In this document: positions 9,059 to 18,574 of the stretch, piece after piece
Layout of the letters: every line of letters starts with the position of its first letter
Numbering within the stretch: the first letter of the stretch is position 1
DNA from: Planctomycetota bacterium
Lineage (GTDB): Bacteria; Planctomycetota; JAJSAM01; JAJVHW01
Assembly (NCBI GenBank): GCA_965248445.1
Contig: CBDFJG010000002.1
Location: 640,001 to 704,000, forward strand
Reading direction: 5' to 3'
Length of the DNA: 64,000 nucleotides
Notes under the pieces: generated by a model
What the model was told of the DNA's origin: nothing
The model's input: only the letters and a program-made list of their open reading frames with translations
Databases searched by the model: none
Position numbers and translations under genes: made by a program

Positions 9059-10274
9059 ATGAAGAGACAAGAGCATCTGAAGTCAACTCGTGGGTCCACG
9101 CTGGTGTGGGCACTGCTCGCGAGGATCATCGTGAGTGGGCTCATCCTGAGCACCACGGTGTCGCTGCAGGCCAACAGCCGGCAGGTCGAGACGCGGTTCC
9201 GCTCCGAAGCGCAGTCGCTCGACGTTGCCCGGGCGGGCGTGATCGATGCGTACGCGTGGTTCCGGCGCCAGCCGACGCAGCCGGCATCGACCTTCGCACC
9301 GGCGCTCGACCTGAGCGCGATGCCGCCCGTCAACGAGACGGACGACGCCTCGATCGGTCTCGTGCGCGAGTTCGAGATCGCCAGCGGGTACTGGGCGCGA
9401 TACGAGGTGCGGAAGTACGTGGACCTCGATGCGGACAGCCGAAAGGACCCGGGCGAGGGCGTCTACGACCTCTCCCAGCGCCGCGGACTGATCGGCGCCG
9501 GCATCGCATGGCACATCGAGTCGTTCGGGACGATCTACCGCCGGCTGGATGACACCGTCGTGCTCTCGGCGGAGCCCAATTACAAGATCGCCAGCGCGCA
9601 GGTGTCCGCCGAGATCCGGCAGCTCGCCGTGATCCTGCCGGGATCGGCTCCGATCCTGTGCCGCAACGGAAGCGATGTGACGCTCGAGAACCGCTCGCGG
9701 CTGATCGCACCCGGCGCGACCGGGATCGTCACACCCTCGAGCACCGGCAACCCAAGCACCGGCAATTGCGAGATGACGGTGGGTCAGACACACAGTGGCG
9801 TGCCCGGCTACGACGACTCGTGGAACGCGGTGTTCGGCGCCAAGCCCGAAGAGCTGATGGAGATGGCGACTGTGCGGCTGACGGCGGGCGAGACGCTGCC
9901 GGATCTGCCCGAGTTCGCGATGGTCTACGTCACCGGCGACCTGACGGTCGACTCCGCCGCGCCGCTCCTGGGCGTCGGACTCCTGATCGTGGACGGCGAC
10001 CTGACGATCGAGGCCGGTAGTAAACTCCTACTTCACCGGCGTCATCTACGTGACGAGCGACTACGAGCAGCGCGCGCCGTCGCTGATGCGCGGCGCGATC
10101 ATCTGCCAGGGCAAGGTCGACGTGCGCGGCGCCGGCGACGTCGCCGAGGTGGTCTGGGATGACCAGGCCGCAACGATCGTGAACTCGAACGTCGGTCCCT
10201 ACCGGCTGTCCAGAGGGCTCCGCCGCCTCGACACCAGCGGCGTCGGTGGTCTCTACCTGCCGGAGGATGAGTAG
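9059..10274 (+). pseudogene. PilX-like minor pilin / pilus assembly protein, frameshifted at about 10022
   Basis: N-terminus RG|STLVWALL...AQSLDVARAGV is PilX-like. Removing one A from AAA at 10022-10024 joins it to the SYFTGVIYVTSDY...PEDE frame. Could be a sequencing error. Confidence 0.65.
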
Positions 10275-12917
10275 TGAGCATCAAGACTCTCAAGCGGTTG
10301 TTCCGCGGACGACGTGAAGCGGGAGTCTCGCTTCTGGACGTCGTCATCGGGACGTCGATCCTCTCGGTCGTGGGGCTCATGCTCGCGCTGCACCTCAGCA
10401 CGTCGCAGAACCACGTCAAGCTCAACAGGGACCGCGTCTTCGCGTTCGCGAAGGCGCAGGCCATGCTCGAGGAGCTGCGCGCCGCCTCGGAGTCCGCGGG
10501 CCTCGAGGACGCGAGCGACCTCGACAAGTACGACGACGGTACGAAGCACTACTTCACTCTGACGATCGAGGACGGTGACAACGGCGCGAGGATGCTCGCG
10601 CCCGATCACCCGACCAGTGGGAACCGCATGCAGGGCGGACAGTGGCGCTACGCCCGCCGCGTGACGGTCAAGTCGTTCCCCGGCATCGACACCCGCGATC
10701 TGCGCATCGCGACGGTGCAGATCTTCAAGTACGACCAGGACAACAAGCCCGGTCCGGAGCTCGCGACCGCCACGACCGTCGTGCGCACCTTCGGCGATGC
10801 ATTCCCGCCCGCGCAGGTCTTCGACGTCTACGTGCTCGCGCTCGAGAACGTGCCAGGCTGGTGGGTCAACCTCGGCAGCCTGCGTCCGTTCGTCGAGTCG
10901 TCGCTGCGCGACGTCATGGTCCGCAACCCGGGCCTCGAGCTGCGCACTCACTGGATCACGAAGCTCTCCTACGGCCGCAACGAGCAGTACACCCCGTACT
11001 TCAACCAGGCGAACGACTCCGAGGCCGCCACGCCCTTCGTCTACTTCTACCCCGGCAAGATGCCGTCCGGTTCGTCGACGGAGCACTACTACGTCCCGGA
11101 GCGCGTGCAGGCACGCGCGAACGTCGACGGTCTGATCAAGAACTCGTTCGACGCGACCAAGAACAAGTGGCCGTATGCCCTCGCAGATCAGTTCAACCAC
11201 TGCATGCGGCTGGCGGATGAGCAGGCGCTCTTCACCAAGCGTGTTGCCAACAAGACGGAAGCGAACACGGAGCCGACCTGGCGCCTGCTTCTGGAGGACA
11301 TGAACAGCTCGCCGGACAAGTACCGGAACGCAATCGTCGTCAACCTGCACGGCGAGTTGCTGCCGATGCCGCCACTGCGCAACTACAGCGACCCGGCCAA
11401 GTCGCCTATCTTCGAGCCCGACGTCCGCGTCGTGACGCACCCGGAGAAGCTCCGCTTCACCCGCGACGCCGGCACGCCGTCGAACAGCGACGACGTTCGC
11501 CTGCGCGTGTACTCGTACAAGAACGACCCGAACGCGGGCGCCGCCGTGCTCGACAAGCCGATCGTCATCGAGATCCCGGGCATGGACCTCACCGGGAACA
11601 TCAACGGGACCGGCTCGGGCGCGACCACGCTCACCGTGCAGACGATCAAGGGCGGCGTGGACCTCAGCCCGCTCGACGGGACGAGGGACGAGTACCTGGC
11701 GCCCATGACGGTGCCGGTCGTGCTGAACGGCGTGGACTTCAGTCCCACATACCCGAACGAGCCATACCTGCGCTCACGCTACGCCAGTGGCAGGAACACG
11801 ACCGTGCTCGAACTGCACCACTCGCCGCTCGGGACGCCCCGCGTGGCGAGTTCGAAGGGCCTGACTTCGAACGCCCGCCTCTACGGGCTCGAGTACATCC
11901 CCTGCAGCACGGAGTCGGCGAACAACTTCTCGCGCAACCTCGCGAGCACCGGCGACACGCCCAAGAACACCGCACGCTGGATCATCACGATCCCGAAGGC
12001 GGAGCTCGGCACCACGGACAAGTCGCTCAAGTGCGTGACGCGGATCGGTTCTGGCAACGGGTGGAGACATCAAGGCAGACAACGCGGCCTTCAAGACAGG
12101 CAAGATGTACCCGCCGGGCGCGCGCCGCGAGCCGGACAACATCTCGAACTCCTACTTCTGGTGGGCGACGAGCCCGGAGGTCGTCCCGGCGACGGAGCGG
12201 TATCAGTTCATCGGCGACCCGCGGCACTGCCCGTACGCCGATCTCAAGTCGGGCGGGAGCTCATTCCCCAACGGCTACAACTGGTATCACGACAACTTCC
12301 GCGACTCGAGCGACAACCGTCACGCATGGTGGCCGGGCTTCGACCGCGACCGCATCCGCAACCTGGCGGGCCAGGACGAGGACGGCTGGAAGAGGCGCCT
12401 CGAGATCGACGCGCCGCGTCTGTTCCAGGTGCTGCGCACCGGACTGACGCGCGCGGAGACGCTCTACACCTCGATGACCGGCTTCTCCTACTACTACATG
12501 GGGATCGGCAACGAGATCGGCTACGACTCCGCGAACGGCTACTCGAGCAGCATTCCGGTCGACGGTGCGCCCTGGGGCGCCCCGGGCAGTAACGGTCACG
12601 AACAGTCCATCACGGGCAGCGGTGGCAGCTGGGGCGCCGGAGTCAAGCTGATCCGCGAGTCCACCGGTTCGAACTACTGGTGGGGCATGCCGTGGCTGGG
12701 TGAGCTGTACCCGGACAGCGCGTACGACGCGCACTTCCGCGTCCCGAAGCACGAGTACTCGGACACGCTCCCCTTGCCGACCACTCTGCCGAAGCTGCGC
12801 GGGAACCTGCCCGCCGGCTCCGCTTCAGGCGAGTTCAAGCGGGACGCCCGCCAGGACATCACCGTCAATCTGCCCAGCGGCACGACGTTCCGGAAGATGG
12901 AGCGGCGCACCGCAGCC

Positions 12918-14449
12918 GTACCCGTTCAGCCCTTGGTTCTGAGCTCGGATCCAGATCGCTTTCCGTTCGGTCGATGAATCGGATGTGGGCACCGATGAGC
13001 TGCGTGATCTGGTCGAGCGCCTGACCCGTCGTCTGGACGCTCGGGACGAGACGATTGCCGAGCAGGCGGAGGTGATCGAGCGGCAGGCGGCACGGATCGA
13101 CGATCTCGAGAGCCGTCTTCGCCGGGACTCCCGCACCTCCTCGCGCCCACCGTCCTCGGATCCGTCGTGGTCCAAGAAGCGGCGGCGGCGCAAGCCGCCG
13201 TCGGACAAGCGCCAGGGTGCGCAGCCCGGCCACAAAGGGGCGACGCGCAAGCTCGTGGACGAGTCCGAGGTCGATGGCGTAGAGGACCACCGCCCGCGCG
13301 AGTGCAGCGCGTGTGGGAGCGACGTGCTCGTCCCGATCGATCGCGCCCCGACACGCCAGCAGGTCTTCGAGGTCCCGCCACGGCTGATCCAGGTGACCGA
13401 GCACCGGTTGCACCGGGCACGGTGCACGGACTGTGGCGCCACGTCCACTGCCTCGCTGCCAAGCGGTGTGACGGCGAGTCCCTTCGGCCCGCGACTCTGT
13501 GCGCTCACCGCGGCTCTGGTCGGCGTCTTCCGCCTGTCGCGGCGCGAGACCAGTCGTCTGTTGCGTGACGTCATCGGCGTCTCGATGTCACCGGGCACGG
13601 TCAGTGCGATCGAGGAGCGGGTGTCGGGAGCCATCTCCTCAGCGCACATCGAGGCCCTCGGGGCCGTACGCACGAGCAGCGTCGCCTATGTAGACGAGAC
13701 ACCGTGGTCGCGTCGTGGCACGCTGCATTGGCTGTGGAGCGCGGTCTGTGAGCACGCCACGGTCCATCGTATCGATCGGCGCAGGAGCGCCAAGGCCATG
13801 CGGCGACTCGTGGGCAAGCGCTTCAGGGGCGTCCTCGTGACCGACCGTATGGGCGCTTACGACCAGCATCCCACCGAGCGCCGCCAGATCTGCTGGGCGC
13901 ATCTCGAGAGGGACTTTCGAGCGCTGGCCGAGGGCTCGCGCGGCGGCCGGCGCTTCGGCAAGCAGGCCGTGCGTCTCGCCCAGGCTGTCATGCGAGCTCA
14001 GCGTCACTTCGGCGAGCACGGGGACCGCGACCGCATGCGGCGTGAGCTGCGTCTCACATGGGACCGACTCCTGACGCTGCTCGTGCGCGGCGCAGACAGC
14101 AAGCACCGCCGAGTACGCGGAACGACTCGGCATCTGCTCGACCGAGCGGAGGCTCTGTGGACCTTCGCCGACGTCCCTGGCGTCTCCCCGACGAACAACG
14201 CCGCTGAGCGCGCGGTGCGCAAGCCGGTCCTGTGGAGACGCGCAACGCACGGAAGTCAGAGCGAGCGCGGACTCCGCTTCGTCGAGCGCATCCTGACCGT
14301 CACCGCCACGCTCCGCCAGCGTGGCGAGAGCGTCTTCGATTACCTCGCAGACGTCAGCGCGGCACTCGCGCACAACCGCTCGCCGCCGGCTCTCGTCGCG
14401 CTCCCGATCACGCGCTGAGGCCGCGGATCGTCATACCCTGAACGGGTAC
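12918..14449 (+). mobile_element. IS66 family element, single-ORF (ISBst12-like) type
   Basis: TIRs GTACCCGTTCAG / CTGAACGGGTAC; 8-bp TSD CCGCAGCC at 12910-12917 and 14450-14457. Confidence 0.95.
12985..14418 (+). CDS. IS66 transposase
   Basis: Motifs SSRPPSSD, GAQPGH, zinc finger, VDET, TDR, QICWAHL and TNNAAERAVR. Confidence 0.95.
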   Translation: MGTDELRDLVERLTRRLDARDETIAEQAEVIERQAARIDDLESRLRRDSRTSSRPPSSDPSWSKKRRRRKPPSDKRQGAQPGHKGATRKLVDESEVDGVEDHRPRECSACGSDVLVPIDRAPTRQQVFEVPPRLIQVTEHRLHRARCTDCGATSTASLPSGVTASPFGPRLCALTAALVGVFRLSRRETSRLLRDVIGVSMSPGTVSAIEERVSGAISSAHIEALGAVRTSSVAYVDETPWSRRGTLHWLWSAVCEHATVHRIDRRRSAKAMRRLVGKRFRGVLVTDRMGAYDQHPTERRQICWAHLERDFRALAEGSRGGRRFGKQAVRLAQAVMRAQRHFGEHGDRDRMRRELRLTWDRLLTLLVRGADSKHRRVRGTTRHLLDRAEALWTFADVPGVSPTNNAAERAVRKPVLWRRATHGSQSERGLRFVERILTVTATLRQRGESVFDYLADVSAALAHNRSPPALVALPITR

Positions 14450-15328
14450 CCGCAGCCGAGGGTTGCACGTCGTTCTTCAACACAGGGACGTCGTCGTCGA
14501 CGTTCCACCATCGCTTCAGGTCCGGCCAGTACGGGAACCTCAGCGGGCTCGGCACGGAGGTCGCGCAGGACTACCGCTTCCCGCTGCCCTCGCGGACCAA
14601 GATCAGCCGCCCGTTCGCGCCCGACGCCAACGGTGATGGCGGCCTCGGTAACGAGTTCGGCTTCAGCACGGACTATCCGAAGTTCACCGTCACGCAGCGC
14701 GACGTCTACTACGACCACGAGTCCGCCGGCACGGGCTCGGCGCTCCTCGAGGTGAAGGAGCCCGGGACGACCAACACGGCGTACCAGCTCGTGCACGGCA
14801 TCGACCGTACGCTCGAGTCGGGCTCGTCGTTCATTGCGCGCTACTCGATCGTGACCCTGATCCACGGGTTCATGCGAGCAGGCGATCCGGCCAAGGCCGA
14901 TCCTCTGAAACTACCCCCACGTGTCGAGATGCTCGGTCCGACGGCCGTGACCAACTTGGACGACCCCAGGGACATCTGGATCACTTGGAACTCCGCCTGG
15001 CAGCGCTGGGACGGGCAGGCGTACTCGCGCACACAGAGCGCGCCCTTGCCGGACACGGAGGCGGACATCGAGTACCGGCTGATCTACAGCGCCGACAACG
15101 GCCAGACGTGGCGGCACTGCAAGAACCGCACTCTCGCCACTCCCGGCGTTCGCGCGACGAACCCGGTTCTGTATCTCGACGACTTGGTGACGAACGGTGG
15201 AGGTGGCGCGTTCGCGCCGACCGGTACCCGCGCGGCTCGTACCTCCTCCGAGTGGAGTGCTACCGCAAGAACTCGGCACTCCACATGTCCTACCACCAAG
15301 AAAAGATCTTCATCGATCGGTGAGCACC

Positions 15329-16300
15329 ATGCGTCGTAACCCCAAACAGTCCGGTATCACGCTGCTCGAAGTCATCATCGCTTCGACGCTGACCGCCATG
15401 ATCACACTGGGCCTCGCGAAGGCCGTGGACAGTGGCGTCGCCCTGAACGAGCGCATTCTCAACGACGATCGCGGTGCGGAGCGCGAGCAGCGACTGCTCG
15501 GCGAAATCCGCCACGCTTCCTTCGGCGCTCTGCGTGTGTACGGCGACTCGCCGGTCGGGACGACTCTCTTCGCCGCTCTGGAGAACTCGGGGCTCCCGCC
15601 GCTGGCGGGAACGCAGCTGCCGGTGCCTGATCGCACGGGGACACTGCGCCCGGACGCGGCGGGCGACCGCAAGGTCGGCAACGCCTTGTTCTTCCTCGTC
15701 GAGGAACGCCCGCTCGACATCGAGAACGGCGGCTTCTCGTTCCGAGTCGACCGCGTTCGCTTCGTGGCGTTCTACCTCACGGAGCGCACCGACGCCCTTA
15801 CGGCAGGCGACGTGACCGCGCGCCTCGATCTCGTTCGCTGGATCAGCCGGCCGTACGTCACCAAGCGCAGCATCGAGCGGGTCCCCGCCGGAACCACGCG
15901 GACGTACGTGTGCACACAGCTCCACGGTCGCGGGTATCGGCGTACGTTCACGCCGGATGTGCTGCGCAACCAGGCGTTCCACCGGATCACTGCGGGCGGC
16001 GCCGTCACCAGCTCTCCAGTCGTCGATCCCGTGATCGCAGAGTCAACGCGCGTGCCGGCACGCGCGCTCTTCGCCAAGCAGTCCATCAGCGTCGCGCCCA
16101 ACAAGCCCCGGCTGAACGTCCCCAAGTTCACCTTCCTCGATCCGACGAAGCCCAAGTTCCCGAGTGGCTTCGAGGTCAAGATCGTGGGCCCCTTCGCGGC
16201 CAGCCGCGTGGGCGTGCGGCTCACGGCTCTGAATGGCCGGCGTGGCCACGACGCGAGCGTCATCGACGTGACGCGGATCTTCACGATCGGCGCGCGCTGA
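15329..16300 (+). CDS. Prepilin-type N-terminal cleavage protein (PilW/PulJ-like)
   Basis: MRRNPKQSG|ITLLEVIIA, a class III signal with Glu at +5. Confidence 0.85.
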   Translation: MRRNPKQSGITLLEVIIASTLTAMITLGLAKAVDSGVALNERILNDDRGAEREQRLLGEIRHASFGALRVYGDSPVGTTLFAALENSGLPPLAGTQLPVPDRTGTLRPDAAGDRKVGNALFFLVEERPLDIENGGFSFRVDRVRFVAFYLTERTDALTAGDVTARLDLVRWISRPYVTKRSIERVPAGTTRTYVCTQLHGRGYRRTFTPDVLRNQAFHRITAGGAVTSSPVVDPVIAESTRVPARALFAKQSISVAPNKPRLNVPKFTFLDPTKPKFPSGFEVKIVGPFAASRVGVRLTALNGRRGHDASVIDVTRIFTIGAR

Positions 16301-16464
16301 TCGTCTCCCTCTGACGAGAGTCACGTCGCCGTGACGCAACCGACACCGCTCGGTGAGCGGAGCGCGACGGGACGGGGACCGGGATCGCTCAATGTGCCCG
16401 TGGCGGGCGCCCGCCGGGCCGGGAGTACCGGTTCGGAGTTCCAGCCCTCGGACGTGGGCGTCCG

Positions 16465-16827
16465 CTACTCGGGCTCGATCCGGTCGACGACGCGTGTGCT
16501 CTCGGTGACGACCTCCGTCGATACGACTGCGGGGTGGCGCGTGAGCCCGAAGTAGACGATCTGCGCACGTGTGGGGCCCGTCGGTCCCATGCGGCCCAGC
16601 ACGACCAGCGGGTGGTCGAACTGCCAGGAGATGCGCGTTTCCAGGATCACGTCGCTCTCGAGTCCGGAGCCCCCCGCGAGCATCGCGAACGTCTGCGCAG
16701 GGAAGGCGCAGAGCGCCGTCATGGCGATCAGCGTCGCTGCGCGCAGGATGGCCGCCAGCGCGCGGCGCGAGGGAGCCCGCAGCACGGGCGGGGTGCCTCT
16801 GCGCTGATCTCGGTCGCATGTGCCCAT
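16465..16827 (-). CDS. Hypothetical protein
   Basis: ORF with a signal-like hydrophobic stretch filling the gap between flanking genes; no recognisable family. Confidence 0.35.
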   Translation of the reverse strand: MGTCDRDQRRGTPPVLRAPSRRALAAILRAATLIAMTALCAFPAQTFAMLAGGSGLESDVILETRISWQFDHPLVVLGRMGPTGPTRAQIVYFGLTRHPAVVSTEVVTESTRVVDRIEPE

Positions 16828-16860
16828 CGTACCCTCCGGTCCCTGGGGTACTCTTCGGGC

Positions 16861-17505
16861 ATGCGCACCCTCGTCCTCCTCCTCGCCCTCGCCGGCGCGC
16901 TCCCGTTCGCCGCCGGCTGTCGCTCTGTCTACTACGACGTCTGGGAGACGCTCGGCAAGGAGAAACGGGATCTCCTTAAGAGCGAGATCCGCGGGATGAT
17001 GGGCGACCAACGCGACGCAGAGCTGGCATTCAGCACGGCGCTCGACCGCATGAAGCAGTTGACCGGATTCGACGGCCGGGAACTGGAGGCGCAGTACGAC
17101 CGGCTGAAGTCCGCTCACGCGGACGCCGCATCCGCTGCCGGCGACATCGACGACCGCATGGATGACATCCACAACGTCGCGGCCGACCTGTTCAGCGAGT
17201 GGGAGGCGGAGATCTCCACGATGACGACACCGGTGCTGCGCGACGCCAGCCGGCGGCAACTCACCGAGACGCGGCACCGCTACGCGAACCTCGACCGCAA
17301 CCTGAACTCGACGCGCGCGTCGATGACCCCGGTGCTCGGGTTCCTGCGCGACCACGTGCTGTACCTCAAGCACAACCTGAACGCTCAGGCCGTCGGCGCA
17401 CTTGGCAACGAGATGAGCAGCGTCGAGCGCGACATCGACGGGTTGAAGGCGAGCATTCAGCATTCGATCGACGAAGCGCAGCGCTTCATCGCTTCGATGC
17501 AGTAG
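16861..17505 (+). CDS. DUF2959 family lipoprotein
   Basis: Lipobox AAGC; YYDVWETLGKEKRDLL, LFSEWEAEI and DHVLYLKHNLNAQA. Confidence 0.85.
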   Translation: MRTLVLLLALAGALPFAAGCRSVYYDVWETLGKEKRDLLKSEIRGMMGDQRDAELAFSTALDRMKQLTGFDGRELEAQYDRLKSAHADAASAAGDIDDRMDDIHNVAADLFSEWEAEISTMTTPVLRDASRRQLTETRHRYANLDRNLNSTRASMTPVLGFLRDHVLYLKHNLNAQAVGALGNEMSSVERDIDGLKASIQHSIDEAQRFIASMQ

Positions 17506-17509
17506 TTGC

Positions 17510-18574
17510 GTGGGCGGCACTGCGAACTGGCGTGTCGAGCAGCGGCCTCCCGTACGTCTGGCGGCGCCGGTCGAGGCGGTGCTCGCTTCGTTTCTGAAGG
17601 AGCGGTACCCCAAGGCGCGCGGGGATCGCCTCGACGCCGAGATCGTGGCGCTCTCCGAGGTCTTCACCGCGTCTCGCGGGTCGCTTCCCGGCTCGTACTT
17701 GAACCAGCCGCCGGTGCGCAGCGCGTACCTGGCGTTCTTCCACCCGCAGCAGATGCTGCGCGGCATGGCAGCACTGGAAGAGGTCACCACCCGCGCAACG
17801 GCCCGCGGACTCTGGCCGTCCCGTGCGCCGCTACGCGTGCTCGATCTCGGCGCCGGCCTCGGCGCGATGTCCCAGGCCCTTCTGAGCGTGCTTCCCGCGG
17901 AGACACCCGTCGAGCTGAACCTGCTCGATCACCAGCGTTCCGCAGTGCGGGACGCGCGCGACCTCACGCTCGCCGTCTCCCAGGCGCTCGGCCGGACGCC
18001 GCCAAAAGTTCGCAACGTCGTCGAGCGCGCGGAGTCGTTCTTGCAGTCCGCACGCTCCCGCGGCTACCGCTACGACCTCGTCATCGTGGGAGCGGTCCTG
18101 AACGAGTCACGCGGGGACGCGCGCGCGCTGCTGCGCAAGACGCTCGACGTGGTGGCCAAGGGCGGTTTGGTCGTGCTGGTCGAGCCGGCGCTGCCCGCGG
18201 TGGGGCGCAGCGTGATGGAACTGCGCGAGTCGTTCCTCGGCAAGACCACCACAATCGCGCCGTGCACGCACGCCGAGTCCTGTCCTCTGCTCGCCGGCGT
18301 CCGGGACTGGTGTTTCACCGTGCGCCCGGCGCAGTTGCCGCGGGATGTGGCTCAGCGCGCCCGGGACCTCGGACACCAGAACTACGAAGTGCGCTTCGCG
18401 CTCTGGGCCTTCACGCCGAAACGCGACGCCGCGCCGTTCCCCGCGGGGCGGGGCCGTGTGATCACGGACCTGATGCAGGGAGAGCGGGTTGTCTGCACGG
18501 GCGACGGATCCGTGCGGACCCGGGACCTCGAGATCGCCACGCGCGGGGACCTCGCGGCGTCTACTCGAGAGTGA
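17510..18574 (+). CDS. Rsm22-family SAM-dependent methyltransferase
   Basis: Motifs SAYLAFF, VLDLGAGLG, LVEPA and IAPCTHAESCPL...WCF. Confidence 0.8.
   Translation: MGGTANWRVEQRPPVRLAAPVEAVLASFLKERYPKARGDRLDAEIVALSEVFTASRGSLPGSYLNQPPVRSAYLAFFHPQQMLRGMAALEEVTTRATARGLWPSRAPLRVLDLGAGLGAMSQALLSVLPAETPVELNLLDHQRSAVRDARDLTLAVSQALGRTPPKVRNVVERAESFLQSARSRGYRYDLVIVGAVLNESRGDARALLRKTLDVVAKGGLVVLVEPALPAVGRSVMELRESFLGKTTTIAPCTHAESCPLLAGVRDWCFTVRPAQLPRDVAQRARDLGHQNYEVRFALWAFTPKRDAAPFPAGRGRVITDLMQGERVVCTGDGSVRTRDLEIATRGDLAASTRE

Larger units (their letters stand above)
10274..15323 (+). pseudogene. Very large prepilin-leader protein (about 1,170 aa reconstructed), interrupted by IS66 and two frameshifts
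   Basis: Leader REAG|VSLLDVVIG. Extra G at about 12060. Removing the IS66 and one TSD restores ERRTAA-EGCTSFFN in frame. A further shift near 15195 leads to ...QEKIFIDR stop. Confidence 0.8.
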
